A stretch of 64,000 bases of DNA from Octopus vulgaris (Eukaryota), in the NCBI GenBank assembly GCA_951406725.2, contig OX597816.1, forward strand, positions 141,732,001-141,796,000. Direction: 5' to 3'. The notes under the pieces are model-generated. The model was not told the origin of the DNA, did no database searches, and saw nothing but the letters and a program-made list of their open reading frames with translations. Position 1 is the stretch's first letter, and each line of letters starts with the position of its first letter. Below, in pieces: positions 1-14,240 of the stretch. Made by a program: the position numbers and the translations under genes.

Positions 1-55
1 GGCACAACGCTTGAAATTTTGGGGGAGGGGTCTAGTCATTCTCATAGACCCCAGC

Positions 56-279
56 TTTTGAGCAGGATGGGCTACCCGACCAGAAGAAAATTCTAACTGG
101 GTCCCACCTGCAAGGTCATGCGCTGTTTATCTTGATATGAGATCACCATATCGTGCACATATGGTTGTGATGCATGTGCCTGGTGTACCCTTATCATGAC
201 GGGTAGTCACGATGGGTTGACTGGGCTTCGTATATTTTACCCCAGTGTCACTTTGATGGCATGCACTGCTCTCTCATTC
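56..279 (+). mobile_element. 5'-truncated copy of a non-coding retroposon ending in an (AAT)n tail
   Basis: Near-identical to the 3' parts of 38626-39006 and 47861-48281; all end ...actgctctctcaYtc followed by (AAT)n. Confidence 0.8.
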
Positions 280-316
<37 letters not shown>

Positions 317-567
317 GCTTCAAATTTTGGCACAAGGCCAGTAATTTTATGAGAGCAGGTTTAGATGATTGCATCAACTTCAGTATTCAACAGGTATTTA
401 TTTTATCAATCTCTTAATCTCAGCAGAAGTGACTCAGAATGTAAAGAGCATTAAAAAATAGAAATGAATGTCACAGAACATTTTGTCCATCCATGCTAAC
501 AATTTATGGTGGATTACATCTTTTTGTTTGGACAGGCAACCAAATATACACCATGAAATTATTAACT

Positions 568-690
568 CCACACACACACACACATACACATACATGCATA
601 CATACATGCATACATACATACATACATACATACATACATACATACATACATACATACATAAGTACGTACGTACATACATACATACATACA
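568..690. repeat. (CA)n/(CATA)n microsatellite
   Basis: Seen directly. Confidence 0.95.
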
Positions 691-820
691 TCAAGATTGT
701 TTAATGGAAGCATTTTGAATATGCATTTAAAAGCTCCTATTCCTTTATGCTGGCTACAACTTAATGATACCAGTTTTTTTATGTTGCACCAAGCTGTGCT
801 GATATAATGTACAATAAATA

Positions 821-938
821 TAATAATAATAATAATAACAATGATCCTTGGATGGAATTTATAAACATTTAATGCTTTACGATGCATTTAATTTTTATAA
901 ATTCTATCCAAGGATTATTGTTATTATTATTATTATTA
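821..938. repeat. About 118-bp imperfect palindrome
   Basis: (taa)n-caatgatccttggatggaatttataaa ... tttataaattctatccaaggattattg-(tta)n; arms are reverse complements. Confidence 0.85.
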
Positions 939-1199
939 CTAGCTGGACCTGTGAAAACTTCATGATAAACATAAAAATTGTGAACATTTGTAAACTGTGT
1001 GCTGGTGCCATGAGAAATGTTTCTATATTGTGACAGTTGCAGAATATAGAAAGATGTTTAAAACCGCTAACTATATTATCCATCCAAAATATCTCAGTTA
1101 TGCGAACATAAACAGAATTACAATTTAGCCTTAAAATACATTGTACTTATTCAAAGAACCTTCTTGGTTTAGTGGTATGGAACGTTCTTCTGGTATTCT

Positions 1200-1858
<659 letters not shown>

Positions 1859-2344
1859 TAAAGTATAGAGTTGAATTTCATGTAGCCATCTGCTGACAAC
1901 TTTTGTAGGGGGTATTACCCATTTTACTTGGCTCTTTTCACAGCTATACCCCGTTCGAAATTTGCATTAGTTTTTATATAAAAAAAAGAAAAAGCGAGTG
2001 GGACTTGTTTGTAGAGGAAACATGAAACATGCCTGAAAAATAAAATGGTTTTTCCCACCAACTGAAAGACATGAAGAACTATGAAAGAAGGTGAATAAGT
2101 ACCAGGGGTGAGGGGAAAGAAGAGAGAACTAACAGTCGATCATTTTAGAAATCCTAGAATGAAAACGTAAACACCTGAAAGACTTTCTCTCCATTCATTA
2201 CTAAATGTCCTTCCATCTTCTTCATTGTTAAAAGTAAAGGTGCTAGAAAAGATCAATCGTATTTCAGGCCAGTTTTCATTTTAAATGACTGGAGCTTTCC
2301 TGTCTCTATCTCTTCACTCCTTTTGTCTACGGTTAAGAAAGTGA

Positions 2345-2665
2345 AAGTGTGTGGCACATTGGTTAAGGGTATTTGGCTCATGATCATAAAGTCATGAGTA
2401 TGATTCCCGGTGGCTTGCTGTGTTATTGAGCAAGGTACTGTACTTCCCTTTGCTGCAGTTCACTCAGCTGGCAAAAATGAGTCATAGCTGTAATTTAAAG
2501 GGGCCAGCCTTGTCACATTCTCCTGTGAGGCTGAATCCCACTGAGAACTATGTTATGGTATGCATGTCTGTGGAGTACTCAGCCACTTGCATGTTAATTT
2601 TATGAGCAGACTCTCTCGTCGATCACATAAACAGGAACCTCATTGTCGTAAGTGATGGAGTGCCA
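2345..2665 (+). mobile_element. tRNA-derived SINE family C (central domain possibly Nin/Deu-like)
   Basis: tRNA-like head plus core aaagggccagccttgtcaca...tgtctgtggagtactcagccacttgcatgttaattt shared with 22875-23342, 32275-32500 and 50340-50520; domain name from memory. Confidence 0.65.
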
Positions 2666-4519
2666 TTTTTAAAAAAGTGTGAAAGAAAAGGAAATGTTCC
2701 ATATCGTAAGGCAAAAATGTCATGTGTTTAGTATAAGCAATGAAAGCTAAGATGAAATAATTGCTATTCTGTCATGTAGTGACTTCACCCTGGACTCAAG
2801 CTCAGTTTGACTACAACAGCCTGCACATTGGTGTTTATTTGGGGGCTTGACCTCCAGATCTGAGAGACCCACAAATGCTGCTGTTAGGACTGGATTAACA
2901 CCTATAGTGACCCTAATGACTAAAAAGCTTTTCCTGCCCCTATATAGGCTCCTTTTTCATTTTCTTCCAACTACTTGAAGGTTTATCTTGCTCCAGTCCA
3001 CTCAGCTGGCCAAAATGCGTTGTAGCTGTAATTGTATGTCATATTCTGTGTGAGGCTGAATCTCCCTGAGAAGTACGTTAATGGTATGCATGTCTGTGGA
3101 GTACTCAGCTACTTGTGAGTTAATTTTTATCCTCATGTGGTAATGAAAAGTGAAAGTGACATCTAATATATGCTGTAGTTATTTGTCTTTGATTTAACAA
3201 TGTGTCTGTATCTATGTATCAACTTTTCTTTTGATCTATGTATCTACTGTCTCTCTTACTTTCTCTATTTCTCACTCACTTCCCCTGTGTTCCTCCTCTC
3301 CCCCACTTTTAATTTAACAATTTATGTATGTATCTATGTATCTACTTTTCTTTTGATCTATGTATCTACTTTTGTTTCGATGTATGCATCAGTTTAACTG
3401 TAGAAAAGTAACAGTAACATCCACAACTACTTGCTGAGAGACAGAGAGAATGTGTTAAAGAGAGAGGGCAGACAGATAGAATAACTGCCAGACAGATAGA
3501 ATAACTGCCAGACAGATAGATAGATAGGCAACATTACTTTTTGCAATTATATATTGGCTTTTTCATATATCATTGAAAACGGAAAGTTTTCCAGTGTTTT
3601 CACTATTATTCTCTATCTACCCCCTTCCTTCACTCAATCTATCTCTCTAAATCTCTCTCTTTTTCCTCCTCCCTCCTCTATGTCTCCTTGCCTCTAACTG
3701 TCCTCCTGTGTTTAACATGTTATATTTCTTGCATTTAATGTTATATTTTTCTTACCTCTCAGCGCTATCAATCTTCCACCCTCCCTCTCTCTCTTTCTCT
3801 TTCACTCCCTTTTACTTTCTCCTCTTTCTTGCTTAGCCTCTCACTATACTTCCTCTGCTTCTGTCCTTCCCCTCTCTCCTGCTTGATACCTTTTATTTCT
3901 CTTTTTCTTTGTACCGCTCCCTTCAACCTTTTTACCTCTTCCTTTGAAGTAAGTGTGGCACAAACCACAGGTACAGGCAAAAACAAACAAAACTAAATAT
4001 ATTAATATTATTGATTTTAATATTATTGATTTTATTATTATAATATCATAATATATATATATACACACACACACACACAGAGGTAGAATCAACATAAAAA
4101 CAGTACCCCAATCAGTGAGAGATAAATATCAATTTAATACATTATCATGAATGAGCTACTAATAGTTTCATGCTTTTATGATATTCTAAATTGGCAGATT
4201 TATTAAACATGCCACGTATCTCCAAGCAATCTTTCAGGATCTGTTCATGTGTTAGATTTATTTTAGAATAAGTTCACATGTTCACTATTTGAGTAACAAA
4301 CCTCAAATTACTTTCAACCTACTCTTAAACAGAATTTATCAATACAAGATGAATAAAACTCGATTATTTTAAAATAAATCTAATGATTGAACAGAATCTG
4401 CAAGATTGCATGCAGATAAATGGTGTGTTTTATAAATCTGCAAATTTAAAGTATCGTAAAAGCATGAAACTAACTATTAGTAGCTCTTTGTAATTGTGCA
4501 TTAAATTGATATGCATGCA

Positions 4520-4550
<31 letters not shown>

Positions 4551-5018
4551 ATGTATGTATGTATGTATGTATGTATGTATGTATGTATGCATGTAAGTAT
4601 GTATGTAGATGTGCATGTGATAATATATATGTGTGTGCGTGAATATATGTATATATGTGTACATATAGATACAACCACACACACACATACATATGTTTTA
4701 AATTTGTTTATTTGAAATGTTGTGAATATACAAATAAATCTCCTGTTCCATTATGTCAGCTACAGTCTAATGATGCTGATGGGTGAACCAGTTTTGGGTG
4801 GCTGCACTGAGTTGTGCCAATATAACCTTCAGTTAAACGTCCATTAATTCAATATCGCCTGAACAAATGAATCCATGACGATGATCTACCCAATGCTAGC
4901 AGATGCTATGGACTACACTGTAATCATCCCAGGAATATGGACTGTGATCTTAAGAGATGTGATTTGTGGAAATGCACATAGTAATACATTAAAATAAATT
5001 CCATCCAAAGATTATTGT

Positions 5019-5741
5019 CATCATGATCATGATCATCATCATCCTCGTTTAATGTCTGCTTTCCATGCTGGCATGGGTTGGACAGTTTGAATGAAAACTG
5101 GCAAGCCCGGTGGCTGTGCCAGACTCCAATCTAATCTGACAAGGTTTCTACAGCTGGATACCCTTCCTCATGCCAACCACTCAAAGAGTGTAGTGGGTCC
5201 TTTTTATGTGCCACCATCATGAGAGCCATTTAGGTGGCATTGGCATTGACCATGCTCAACTGGTGCTTTTTACATGCCACCAGTATGGGAGCCAATCAGG
5301 TGGCACTGACATTGACCATGCATGAATGGGCTTTTTATGTGCCACCAGCACTGGTATTGGTCATGCTCAAATGGTGCTTTTTACATACCACCTGTACAAG
5401 TGCCAGTCAGGTGGCAATGGCATTGGCTACGACAATGATTTCACTTGACTCAACATGTCTATTCAAGCACAGCATATTGCCTGACGATTGAAGGGTACTT
5501 TTAAACAGGCCAGTTATGTGGCACTAGTATTGGCCATGGTTATGAACTCATTTGGTCTGCCGGGTCTTCTCAAGCACAGCATATCTCCAAAGTTCTCAGT
5601 CACTTGTCATTACCTCTGTGAGGCACAACGTTTGAAGGTCGTGCTTTATCACATCATCCCAGGTCTTCCAGGGTCTATCTCTTCCACATGTTCCCTCCAC
5701 TGTTAGGGTGTGACACTTCTTCACACAGCTGTCCTCATCCA
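5019..5741 (-). mobile_element. RTE-clade LINE 3' fragment
   Basis: Minus-strand MDEDSCVKKCHTLTVEGTCGRDRPWKTWDDVIKHDL resembles the RTE ORF C-terminus; followed by repeat-rich 3' UTR and (GAT)n tail. Confidence 0.8.
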
Positions 5742-6779
5742 TATATATATATATATATGGTCTGTTTGACTGAATATGCATGATTCTGATTGAATTCTGA
5801 CACCCAAACAGATAGGTCAAAATTGTGTTCAGTTGTCAAATTCACATGTTCACTCGCCAAATAATAAACCTCAAATTACTTCAACCTATTCTTATGTAGA
5901 ATTAATCTATACAAGATGAATAAAACCTGATTACAACGTGTATAGACCTGACAACATTGCAACAGGTTGAGACTCATCAGAACTGTGATAGTTTCATTGC
6001 CAGACCAACTAATGCACCTTGCAGTGTGCTGTGTAATTAATGTTATGATTATAACAAATTTTGAGAGATTTTTCTATTCTGTATATCATAGAGCTATAGA
6101 AACTCTCTTGTCTTTGCTGCAAGAAGCAACAACAATATGAATCAAACATAAAAAACTAATGTATATTACTATTATATGATAGTCTGAACTGTGATTAGAA
6201 TAACACACACACACAGATATATAGATTTCAAATTTTGGCACAAGGCCATAATTTTCGAGGGGAGGAGGTAAGTCAGTTGCATCGACTCCAGTGCCCAATT
6301 GGTACTTATTTTATTGACGAGAGGATGAAGAGCAAAGTTGACCAAGGAGGCATTTGAACTCAGAACATAAACAAACACACAAGGATATATACACACACAT
6401 GCACACATGTACACAAACAGATATATATATATACATACACATGCACATGTATACACACACAGATATATACATACGTAATATAGATATATACACATACACA
6501 GATGTATATATATGTGTGTGTGTGTGTGTTATGGGGGAAAGGAACAGTGGTGATTGTTAACCACAACAATTGGCTGTCCAGTCATGGGAAGATGTGGGCA
6601 CGTGTCTTTTACTATAACCCTAAGTCAATCAAAGCCATGTGAGTGATTCTGGCAGATGGAAACTAACTCATCTTTTAGCTCTCTCTGTTGTACCATTTCA
6701 TCAGAATATCACTTGCAAAATTTCATCTAATAAGTGCTATCTAGACTGTAGAGATGTATAATGCAGATTGAAAGATTTG

Positions 6780-8300
6780 TGCACCCCAAGGATTGAGGAT
6801 TGAGTTTTCCTGTAAGCTAGCATGAACTTGTCATCAAGTGAGCACAATTAAAAAAAGGCAATTCTGATATTTTAGCAGTTAGAGCTTTTCAATGAAGTTT
6901 GCATTTTCTTGTCCCATTAGTTTAAGGTCTGAAACTTTTGAGAATTTTCCACCTGATATTGTAATTTGCACTGAACTCTCTCATTTTCCAAGTAAGATTG
7001 GCCAGTGTCAAGAAAGTATCAGAAGGCATGTTGTGGTTATACAACCTTTGAGTGAAGTTACCCTCAACCATACTTATGTAATGCTTCTTCTCAAATGGCT
7101 GATGTGGTATAGTTGGGGTAACTTTAGTGTTATATATACAACTGATCCTACATTGTATGCCTGGTTTAAAAAGCATATTTCAATCTTCCAGCATGAAAAA
7201 CTTAGAATATAATGTTTGAATGGCTCACTGGTGGTATTTTCATGAGCAAAGAGCAGCTGTAGCTGATGAAAATAAAAGTTTGTTGAAAATCTTTCTCTAT
7301 CTATGATTTATCAAATAATACTTAGCTATAAGGGCCAGAAATTTCTTACCTACATTAGTTTTAAGATTTAAGGAGAAAGAGACCTGAACCAAATGATTTT
7401 CCTGGGTCCATGAGGGCTGTGCATTGAAACTCACTAAAACTTCTTTCTGTGAGGAGGGGGTTAGAAATTCTGTTCATATTTTTTATCAAATTTCTAAAAA
7501 CTATAAGAACTAAGAGGAGTATTTATTTTTGATAACTTGGTTCCTCAATAGCTTTATGGAATGGTCTGTAAATATCTGATTCTAAGCTAAGTTAGACATC
7601 TAAGAAGTTTACATTAGGAAAATTGGTAGCTGCAGTAGTTTTAAATGCTAAGGTATAGAATGTAATGAGAATCTATATAAAGGCAACTAGAGTATGACTG
7701 TCCTTATGATACTCTACTCTTACTCTTTACTCTTTTACTTGTTTCAGTCATTTGACTGCGGCCATGCTGGAGCACCGCCTTTAGTCGATCAAATCGACCC
7801 CGGAACTTATTCTTTGTAAGCCCAGTACTTATTCTATCGGTCTCTTTTGCCGAACCGCTAAGTAGCAGGGACGTAAACACACCAGCATCGGTTGTCAAGC
7901 AATGCTACGGGGACAAACACAGACACACAAACACACACACACATATATATATATATATACATATATACGACAGGCTTCTTTCAGTTTCCGTCTACCAAAT
8001 CCACTCACAAGGCATTGGTCGGCCCGGGGCTATAGCAGAAGACACTTGCCCAAGATGCCACGCAGTGGGACTGAACCCGCAACCATGTGGTTGGTTAGCA
8101 AGCTACTTACCACACAGCCACTCCTATATACTTAGTATATTCAGAAGCTGGAGTTAATGAATTTAATCTTTAATAGGGTTAGTATATTTGCATATCTATA
8201 AGCTTGCAATCATATGAACCCATACTGATGCTGAAAAAGCCTGTAAGTTCTGAGAAATGTCTAAGGACTGGGACATGAAACTTTGAGTAGCAGAATATGG
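6780..8300 (-). pseudogene. Old, decayed Penelope-like retroelement (RT and GIY-YIG remnants) interrupted by a SINE
   Basis: Minus-strand remnants SMGSYD (about 8220), RKIIWF...KTNVGKKFLALI (about 7330-7402), KIFNK..ISYSC and EGNFTQRLYNH...YNIRWKILK; many stops and frameshifts. Confidence 0.7.
7712..8125 (-). mobile_element. tRNA-derived SINE family A, young full-length copy
   Basis: Head ggagtggctgtgtggtaag with box B-like gggttcagtccc; CpGs intact; aagagta-type tail. Confidence 0.9.
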
Positions 8301-8481
8301 CAAACTGGAAATATAAACCTGTATATTAAAACTTTACTTTACCTTAGCTACTGAGTTTCTTTATTTTATTACTATATATATATAATCGCACTTATACACT
8401 GCTAACTTTGTATGCACACATACATACACACATACAAACACACATACACAAATTTTCTCTCTCTCTCTCTCTCTCGATATA

Positions 8482-8517
<36 letters not shown>

Positions 8518-9409
8518 TGTATGTACTTTATAGCATTCTATTTTGGTATATGTACTGCTGAATATACACATGTGTGTGTGTATGTGTGTGAACATATGTA
8601 TGTATGAATATTCAGCTAGCTTTCTGGATATGATATATTTCTTTACATGTATTATGTTTGTGTGTATAACACAGATATTTTACACATAAAAAATGTCTCA
8701 TATATATATTCACATGCTCTCACACACACATATTCAGGAGCATGTATATAAATATATAGTAACAGTCCAACCCATTGCTTGCAGTTGGTTTGTTATTTTT
8801 TCTCCCAACAATGTGTACTTTATACAGTAAGAGCAGAAGCAGAGTGACACAAGAACAGTTGCTATTTAAAAATGTATTTCTCTACCGCTTCCTACTTACA
8901 TTTGTATTTCTAACAACAGTTAGTTACTAAAACTGCAGAGCCAAATCTAAACTGAAACAGCCACACCCAATATCCACCATCCACAGTTAAATGTTAACAG
9001 ATGGAGTCAACTCGTCTCTTTTATATTAAATAATTATTTCCTGCAGTGCATAAAGACTAAAGACAACACTTTAGAAGCACTTAGCTAAAACTGACGGAAG
9101 TATGACAACAGTGCATGCCTGGTACTCATTGCATTGGCTACTGAGAAATGTGTTTTTTTTTAGTCAGAAGGGGAAGAGATAATCCATGACATTTCTAGGC
9201 CTTCCTAGAATGAAATAGATGCTTACTTAGTCTGAACTAACAAGCTAGGTAAAAGCAAGTCTGAGAAACTAGAAAGTGTAAAATAATGGTTGTGATTGAG
9301 AAAGACACTGATGTTTTTTGTTGGTAACAAGGGTTGTTTTTCTTTTACTATTACAAAAGGTAAACTGTATGAAATGTGTATAAGAGAGAAATGTGATGTT
9401 ACAGAATAC

Positions 9410-9796
9410 TGATTTGAAATTTTCGTACAAGACCAGCAATTCCAGGGGAGCGGGTAAGTTGATTACATCAATCTCAGTACTCAACTGGAACTTATTTTAT
9501 CAAGCAGAAAGAATGAAACACACAGTTGACCTCTGTGGGATTTGATTTCAGAACATTAAGACAGACAAAATGCTCGATGCACTAACGATTCTGCCAGCTT
9601 GCCACCTTGATGTTACAAAATACTGGTTCCAAATTTTGGCACAAGACCAGTATTCAGCTGGTACTTACTTTATTGAGTCAAAAGAATGAAAGACAAAGTT
9701 GACTTTAGCAGGATTCAAACTCTTGAACTCAGAATGTTAAGATGGACAAAATGCTGTTCAGCATTTTTCCTGGCATGCTAATGATCTACCACCTTG
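9410..9796 (-). mobile_element. Two tandem family B SINEs (Meta-domain-like core)
   Basis: Reverse copies of the aaggtggc.agctggcagaatcgttag head; gatgttaca.aatactg is repeated at about 9395, 9610 and 9797 as a TSD-like spacer. Confidence 0.7.
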
Positions 9797-9810
9797 ATGT
9801 TACATAATAC

Positions 9811-9958
9811 TGATATATGGTATTGAATGCCGACAATCTGTGCAGACTGAGTCATTAGATTGGTAATGTCAACTTGTATCATTAACGGAGAAGTATAAGC
9901 AAAGTGAGAAGGTTTCAAGTTTAAAGTCATCAGTAGCAGAAGGATGGCGATGGCAACA
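9811..9958 (-). CDS. Candidate exon of the GREB1-like gene: (Y)VAIAILLLLMTLNLKPSHFAYTSPLMIQVDITNLMTQSAQIVGIQYHIS
   Basis: Acceptor cacttttctatacaAG, weak donor GTatta; phase 2 start fits 13081-13233 (TA|T = Tyr); open frame in non-repeat DNA. Confidence 0.35.
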
Positions 9959-10424
9959 CTTGTATAGAAAAGTGACATGAATTGACAATGAATATGTGTT
10001 GAAGTGCCATGTGCTGACAATAGAGGGTACTATTAGATGACAAGGGTAATGTGAATATGTGGGCCTTACAGATAAGATAGAAAATACTGAAATAAGTGGT
10101 AACAGATTGCATTGCATACATGTCTACTTGTCTTATTCATGACTACATATAAAGATAGTCACTAAAATAGAATAAAAATTATGATTCTCACACACACACA
10201 CACACATACACGCTATCTTTCTCTCCATGCATGCATACACACACACACATACATAAATAATTACAGATTAGATTCAGAGATTCTCTGTATATAAGATACT
10301 TAGTAGTGCTCAAAAGATTCAATCTTAAACTCCGATGTCTTTACAGGGTCTCATTCAAAAAGGTAAAGAAAGGCTATAAGAGGGATCAAGTTTATCTGCA
10401 TAATTGTCTCTGTACATACATATA

Positions 10425-10707
10425 TTGGGTCAGCCCATAAATAATTCGGTTCTTCAATTGCATGAACTAAAAGTTGGAGGAGGATGGGATAAACTACCTT
10501 CATCAACTTGCTATAAAAGCAGATAGTAATCATTTGGATGGAAAAAGTATGACTTTTGGAAGAGGGGGCTCGAAAGTCTACCAGATAGATGGAAAAGCAT
10601 TGTAAGAAAACGAAAGAGAATATATTTTAGATTAAAAAAGAACTTTGTCTTAATTTTGAAAACTAAAAGAAGTATAAAAAAAACACATTATTTATGGGAT
10701 GACCCAA
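10425..10707 (+). mobile_element. Internally deleted mariner element (MITE-like)
   Basis: TA-flanked TIRs ttgggtcagcccataaataat / attatttatgggatgacccaa; transposase C-terminal remnant DFWKRGLESLPDRWKSIV...EYILD*. Confidence 0.85.
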
Positions 10708-11327
10708 TATATGGATGCTGGTATAGCTGTGTGACTCCGTCGTATGTGGTTCTGCATTTGATACCACTTCACATCATCTTAGGCAAATGTCTTCTACAGT
10801 AGCCTTATTGAGTAGAATTTGGTAGACAGAAACTGTACAGAAGCCTGTTGTGTATGAACCATCATCATTTTTATGACTTTTTTTTCTTTTTTTCCACTCT
10901 CTCATGAGTTGGATTTCTTGAGGTAATATTCAATGGATAGATACCCTTCTTGATATCAGCAGATAGTTTTGTAAATAAGGTACTTCATTCTAATGTTCTT
11001 TGCACATCAGTCACCAAACTATGGCTTATTGTTTTTGTAGGACATAACAAAATGTCACTACTGCCCAACTGGTGTGTGTGTATATATATATATATATATA
11101 GGTGTGTGTGTATAATAAAGAAGAGATATTGAATCTGTGAGTGTGTTATTATTATTGGTGAAATGACTCTCCCAAGGTACAATAAAATTTGTTTCAACAC
11201 ACAAATTCACATCAAGAATCTTGCTAACCAAATGCAAAAATGAAGTATATATGTGTGCATAGATCCCGTCAAACCATCCAAACTATGCCAATACAAAAAG
11301 TGGACATTAAATGATGACAATGATATA

Positions 11328-11692
11328 TCTTTATATATAAAAGTAAGGTTGTGTGCTGTCTGTCTCCTACGATTTAGATTCCTAACTACTCCCACATTTT
11401 GCGGTGCAGTTTAACCAAAACAGGGTATCTTATAGTCGGGATTCATATCGAGCCCTTCTGGGTATTAGCGTGTGTCTACGATGAGTCTACGATTTTAAAA
11501 AGAATTTACCATTAATTTTTCCCATTTTTAATGCATTTTTGGCATATATAAGGGAAGTAACTCTCTAAAAATTTATTATTAAATCTCAGAGCGTAAAAAG
11601 CTATTGAGATGGCTATTATACTTTACATCTCTAAAAATGCTTATATAGTTATTTCCCTTACAAACCCGAGCAACGCCGGGCGATACTGCTAG
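11328..11692 (+). mobile_element. Non-autonomous Helitron
   Basis: A|TC 5' end (tctttatatataaaa), GC-rich hairpin cccgagcaacgccggg at 11665-11680, CTAG|T 3' end, no TSD. Confidence 0.85.
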
Positions 11693-11704
11693 TATATATA
11701 TATA

Positions 11705-12100
11705 GGAATAGATATTGCTGTATGACAAGAAGCTTGCTTCCCAGCCACAGGGTCCAGTCCCACTGTCTAACACCTAGGCCAAATGTCTTCTACAATAGCC
11801 TTGGGCTGACTAAAACCTTGTGAGTGCACTGGGTAGGTAGAAACTAAAAGAAGCCCATCGTGTGTGTGTGTGTGTGTGTGTCTTTGTGTTTGTGTCAGTG
11901 CCCCCACTACCACTTGACAACTGGTGTTAGTGTGTTTATGCCCCTGTAACTTAGTGGTTCGGCAATAGAAGACTGATAGAATAAGTACCAGGCTTAACAA
12001 AATTAAATACTGGGGTTGATTCATTTGACTAAAAACCCTTCAAGATGATGCTCCAGCATAGCTGGAGTCTAATGACTGAAACAAGCAAAAGAATAAAAGA
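11705..12100 (+). mobile_element. tRNA-derived SINE family A, diverged
   Basis: Similarity to 49767-50163. Confidence 0.75.
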
Positions 12101-12129
12101 TAAATGATATATGTATAAGATACATGGGA

Positions 12130-12335
12130 GATGACTAAACTAGTATCAAGATGTAACATGACTTGACAAAGAACACATTTTAAAAAGGAATCATGTACTG
12201 TGAGTTGAAAATACTGGTTAAAAGAGGAAAACTGAGGAAGATATGGGAAGCTATGGTGAAGTGAAATCTCAGGATGCTGGGTTTCATGAATAAGATGACA
12301 AAGAATCATGACAAGCAGCAATGAACTGCATACAA
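12130..12335 (+). mobile_element. Highly decayed RTE-like 3' ORF remnant
   Basis: RGKLRKIWEAMVK*NLRMLG resembles the GRPRKTW...DLRML segment at 42081-42323. Confidence 0.45.
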
Positions 12336-12633
12336 GGTTAAACAGGTCTAGAATAGTAGATTTACAGAGTCTTCAAGACAGAGAGAAAACCTACATTATT
12401 GGCAGAAATAAGCACTGTTGAACTGCCTTGCTAACCAATGACATGTAATATATAAGTTAGAGAGAAATGAATTCACAAAAAAAAAACCCCAAAACAACAA
12501 CAAACCAATGATAAATGTATTGGATTTGCTGAAGCATAGCTTCAGGTCAGGTAGGCATAAATCCAATAACAAATGTCAAAGGTCAAAGTATGTGTGTTCA
12601 TAAATATATACATTTATATATATGTCTGCCTAC

Positions 12634-12718
<85 letters not shown>

Positions 12719-13080
12719 ATAAAAACATGCATAATATGAAGGATGTCTACAAAACAAAATATATCAGGAAGAAAAATGAAAAATATAGTTGGTTAAGACA
12801 GCTGAGAATTCTTTTTTTTACAATGTTTTCTGTATATTCTACCATAAAAATCTCTTCCAACCACTCTCTTCAGAATTGTCAATTGATCACTGATAACTAA
12901 ATGAGATTAACTGAAACCTATTTCTGACAGTTAAGTGAACTGAGATAATGTAGAAAAATGTGCTTCATACCAGATTTTTGGTTTTTTCTGGAAAAAAGTC
13001 TGGAAGAAATAGGAATGTACCTATAACCTTCAGTGTTGTCTGAGACTGACAAAATCAAATCAATGTTGTTACCAGCTCAC

Positions 13081-13233
13081 TAAAACTGATGCAGATTGCT
13101 GCAGGAAAGATATGTGCAGAGAGAGAATTCCAAAAGGCTGACATTCTGGGAACACAATTCTGGGAATAATGATTTTATCTTGGTACCAGGGGGAAGAATA
13201 TGAGATGTTTTGGTACAGCTGTTTAGGTATTGC
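13081..13233 (-). CDS. Candidate exon of the GREB1-like gene: (R)QYLNSCTKTSHILPPGTKIKSLFPELCSQNVSLLEFSLCTYLSCSNLHQF
   Basis: Acceptor ttaaatAG, donor GTgagc just before the genomic stop would complete; 153 nt, phase 2 to 2, open frame. Confidence 0.45.
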
Positions 13234-13319
13234 CTATTTAATGTTGCTGATTTCAACACTGACATATTTGATATCAAATGTTTCAATGTTTCTCTTATTT
13301 TAATATCTTCTCTCATATA

Positions 13320-13766
13320 GGGTGGCAAGCTGGCAGAATTGTTAACATAGATGTAGGAGTGGGTGTGTGGTAAGTAGCTTGCTTATGAACCACATGGTTC
13401 CGGGTTCAGTCCCACTGTGTGGCACCTTGGGCAAGTGTCTTCTACGATAGCTTTGGGTCGACCAAAGCCTTGTGAGTGGATTTGGTAGACGGAAACTGAA
13501 AGAAGCCCATTGTATATATATATATATACAAGGCGGCGAGCTGGCAGCAAAGTTAGCATGCCAGATGAAATGCTTAGCAGTATTTCATCTGCCGTTATGT
13601 CCTGAGTTCAAATTCCGCCAAGGTCGACTTTGCCTCTCGTCCTTTCGGGGTCAATTAAATAAGTACCAGTTATGCACTGGGGTCGATGTAATCGACTTAA
13701 TCCATTTGTCTGTCCTTGTTTGTCCTCTCTGTGTTTAGCCCCTTGTGGGTAGTAAAGAAATACGTA

Positions 13767-13822
<56 letters not shown>

Positions 13823-14240
13823 CGTGTGTGTATATGTTTGTGTGTCTGTGTTTGTCCCCCCAACATTGCTTGACAACTGATGCTGGTGTGTTTACGTCCC
13901 CATAACTTAGCAATTCAGCAAAAGAGACCAATAGAATAAGTACTAGGTTTACAAAGCATAAGTTCTGGGGTCGATTTGCTCGACTAAAGGCGATGCTCGA
14001 GCATGGCCACAGTCAAATGACTGAAACAAGTAAAAGAGTATGTTGGACACAATGCTTAGCAGCATTTCATGTCTCTATGTTCTGAGTCCAAATTCTGCTA
14101 TGGTCGACTTTTCTTTTCATCCTTTTCAGGCTTAATGATATAAGTACTACCAGTTAAACCCTGGGGTGGGGGGTGGGTCAATGTAAACGACTTGCTCCCT
14201 CCCTGAAATTGCTGGCCTTGTGCCAAAATTTGAAACCAAT
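13320..14240 (+). mobile_element. Nested SINEs: old family B containing family A (13352-14040), which contains a young family B (13530-13762)
   Basis: Family B head at 13320-13347 resumes at 14041; the inner family B copy sits in the internal TA tract of the family A copy. Confidence 0.8.
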
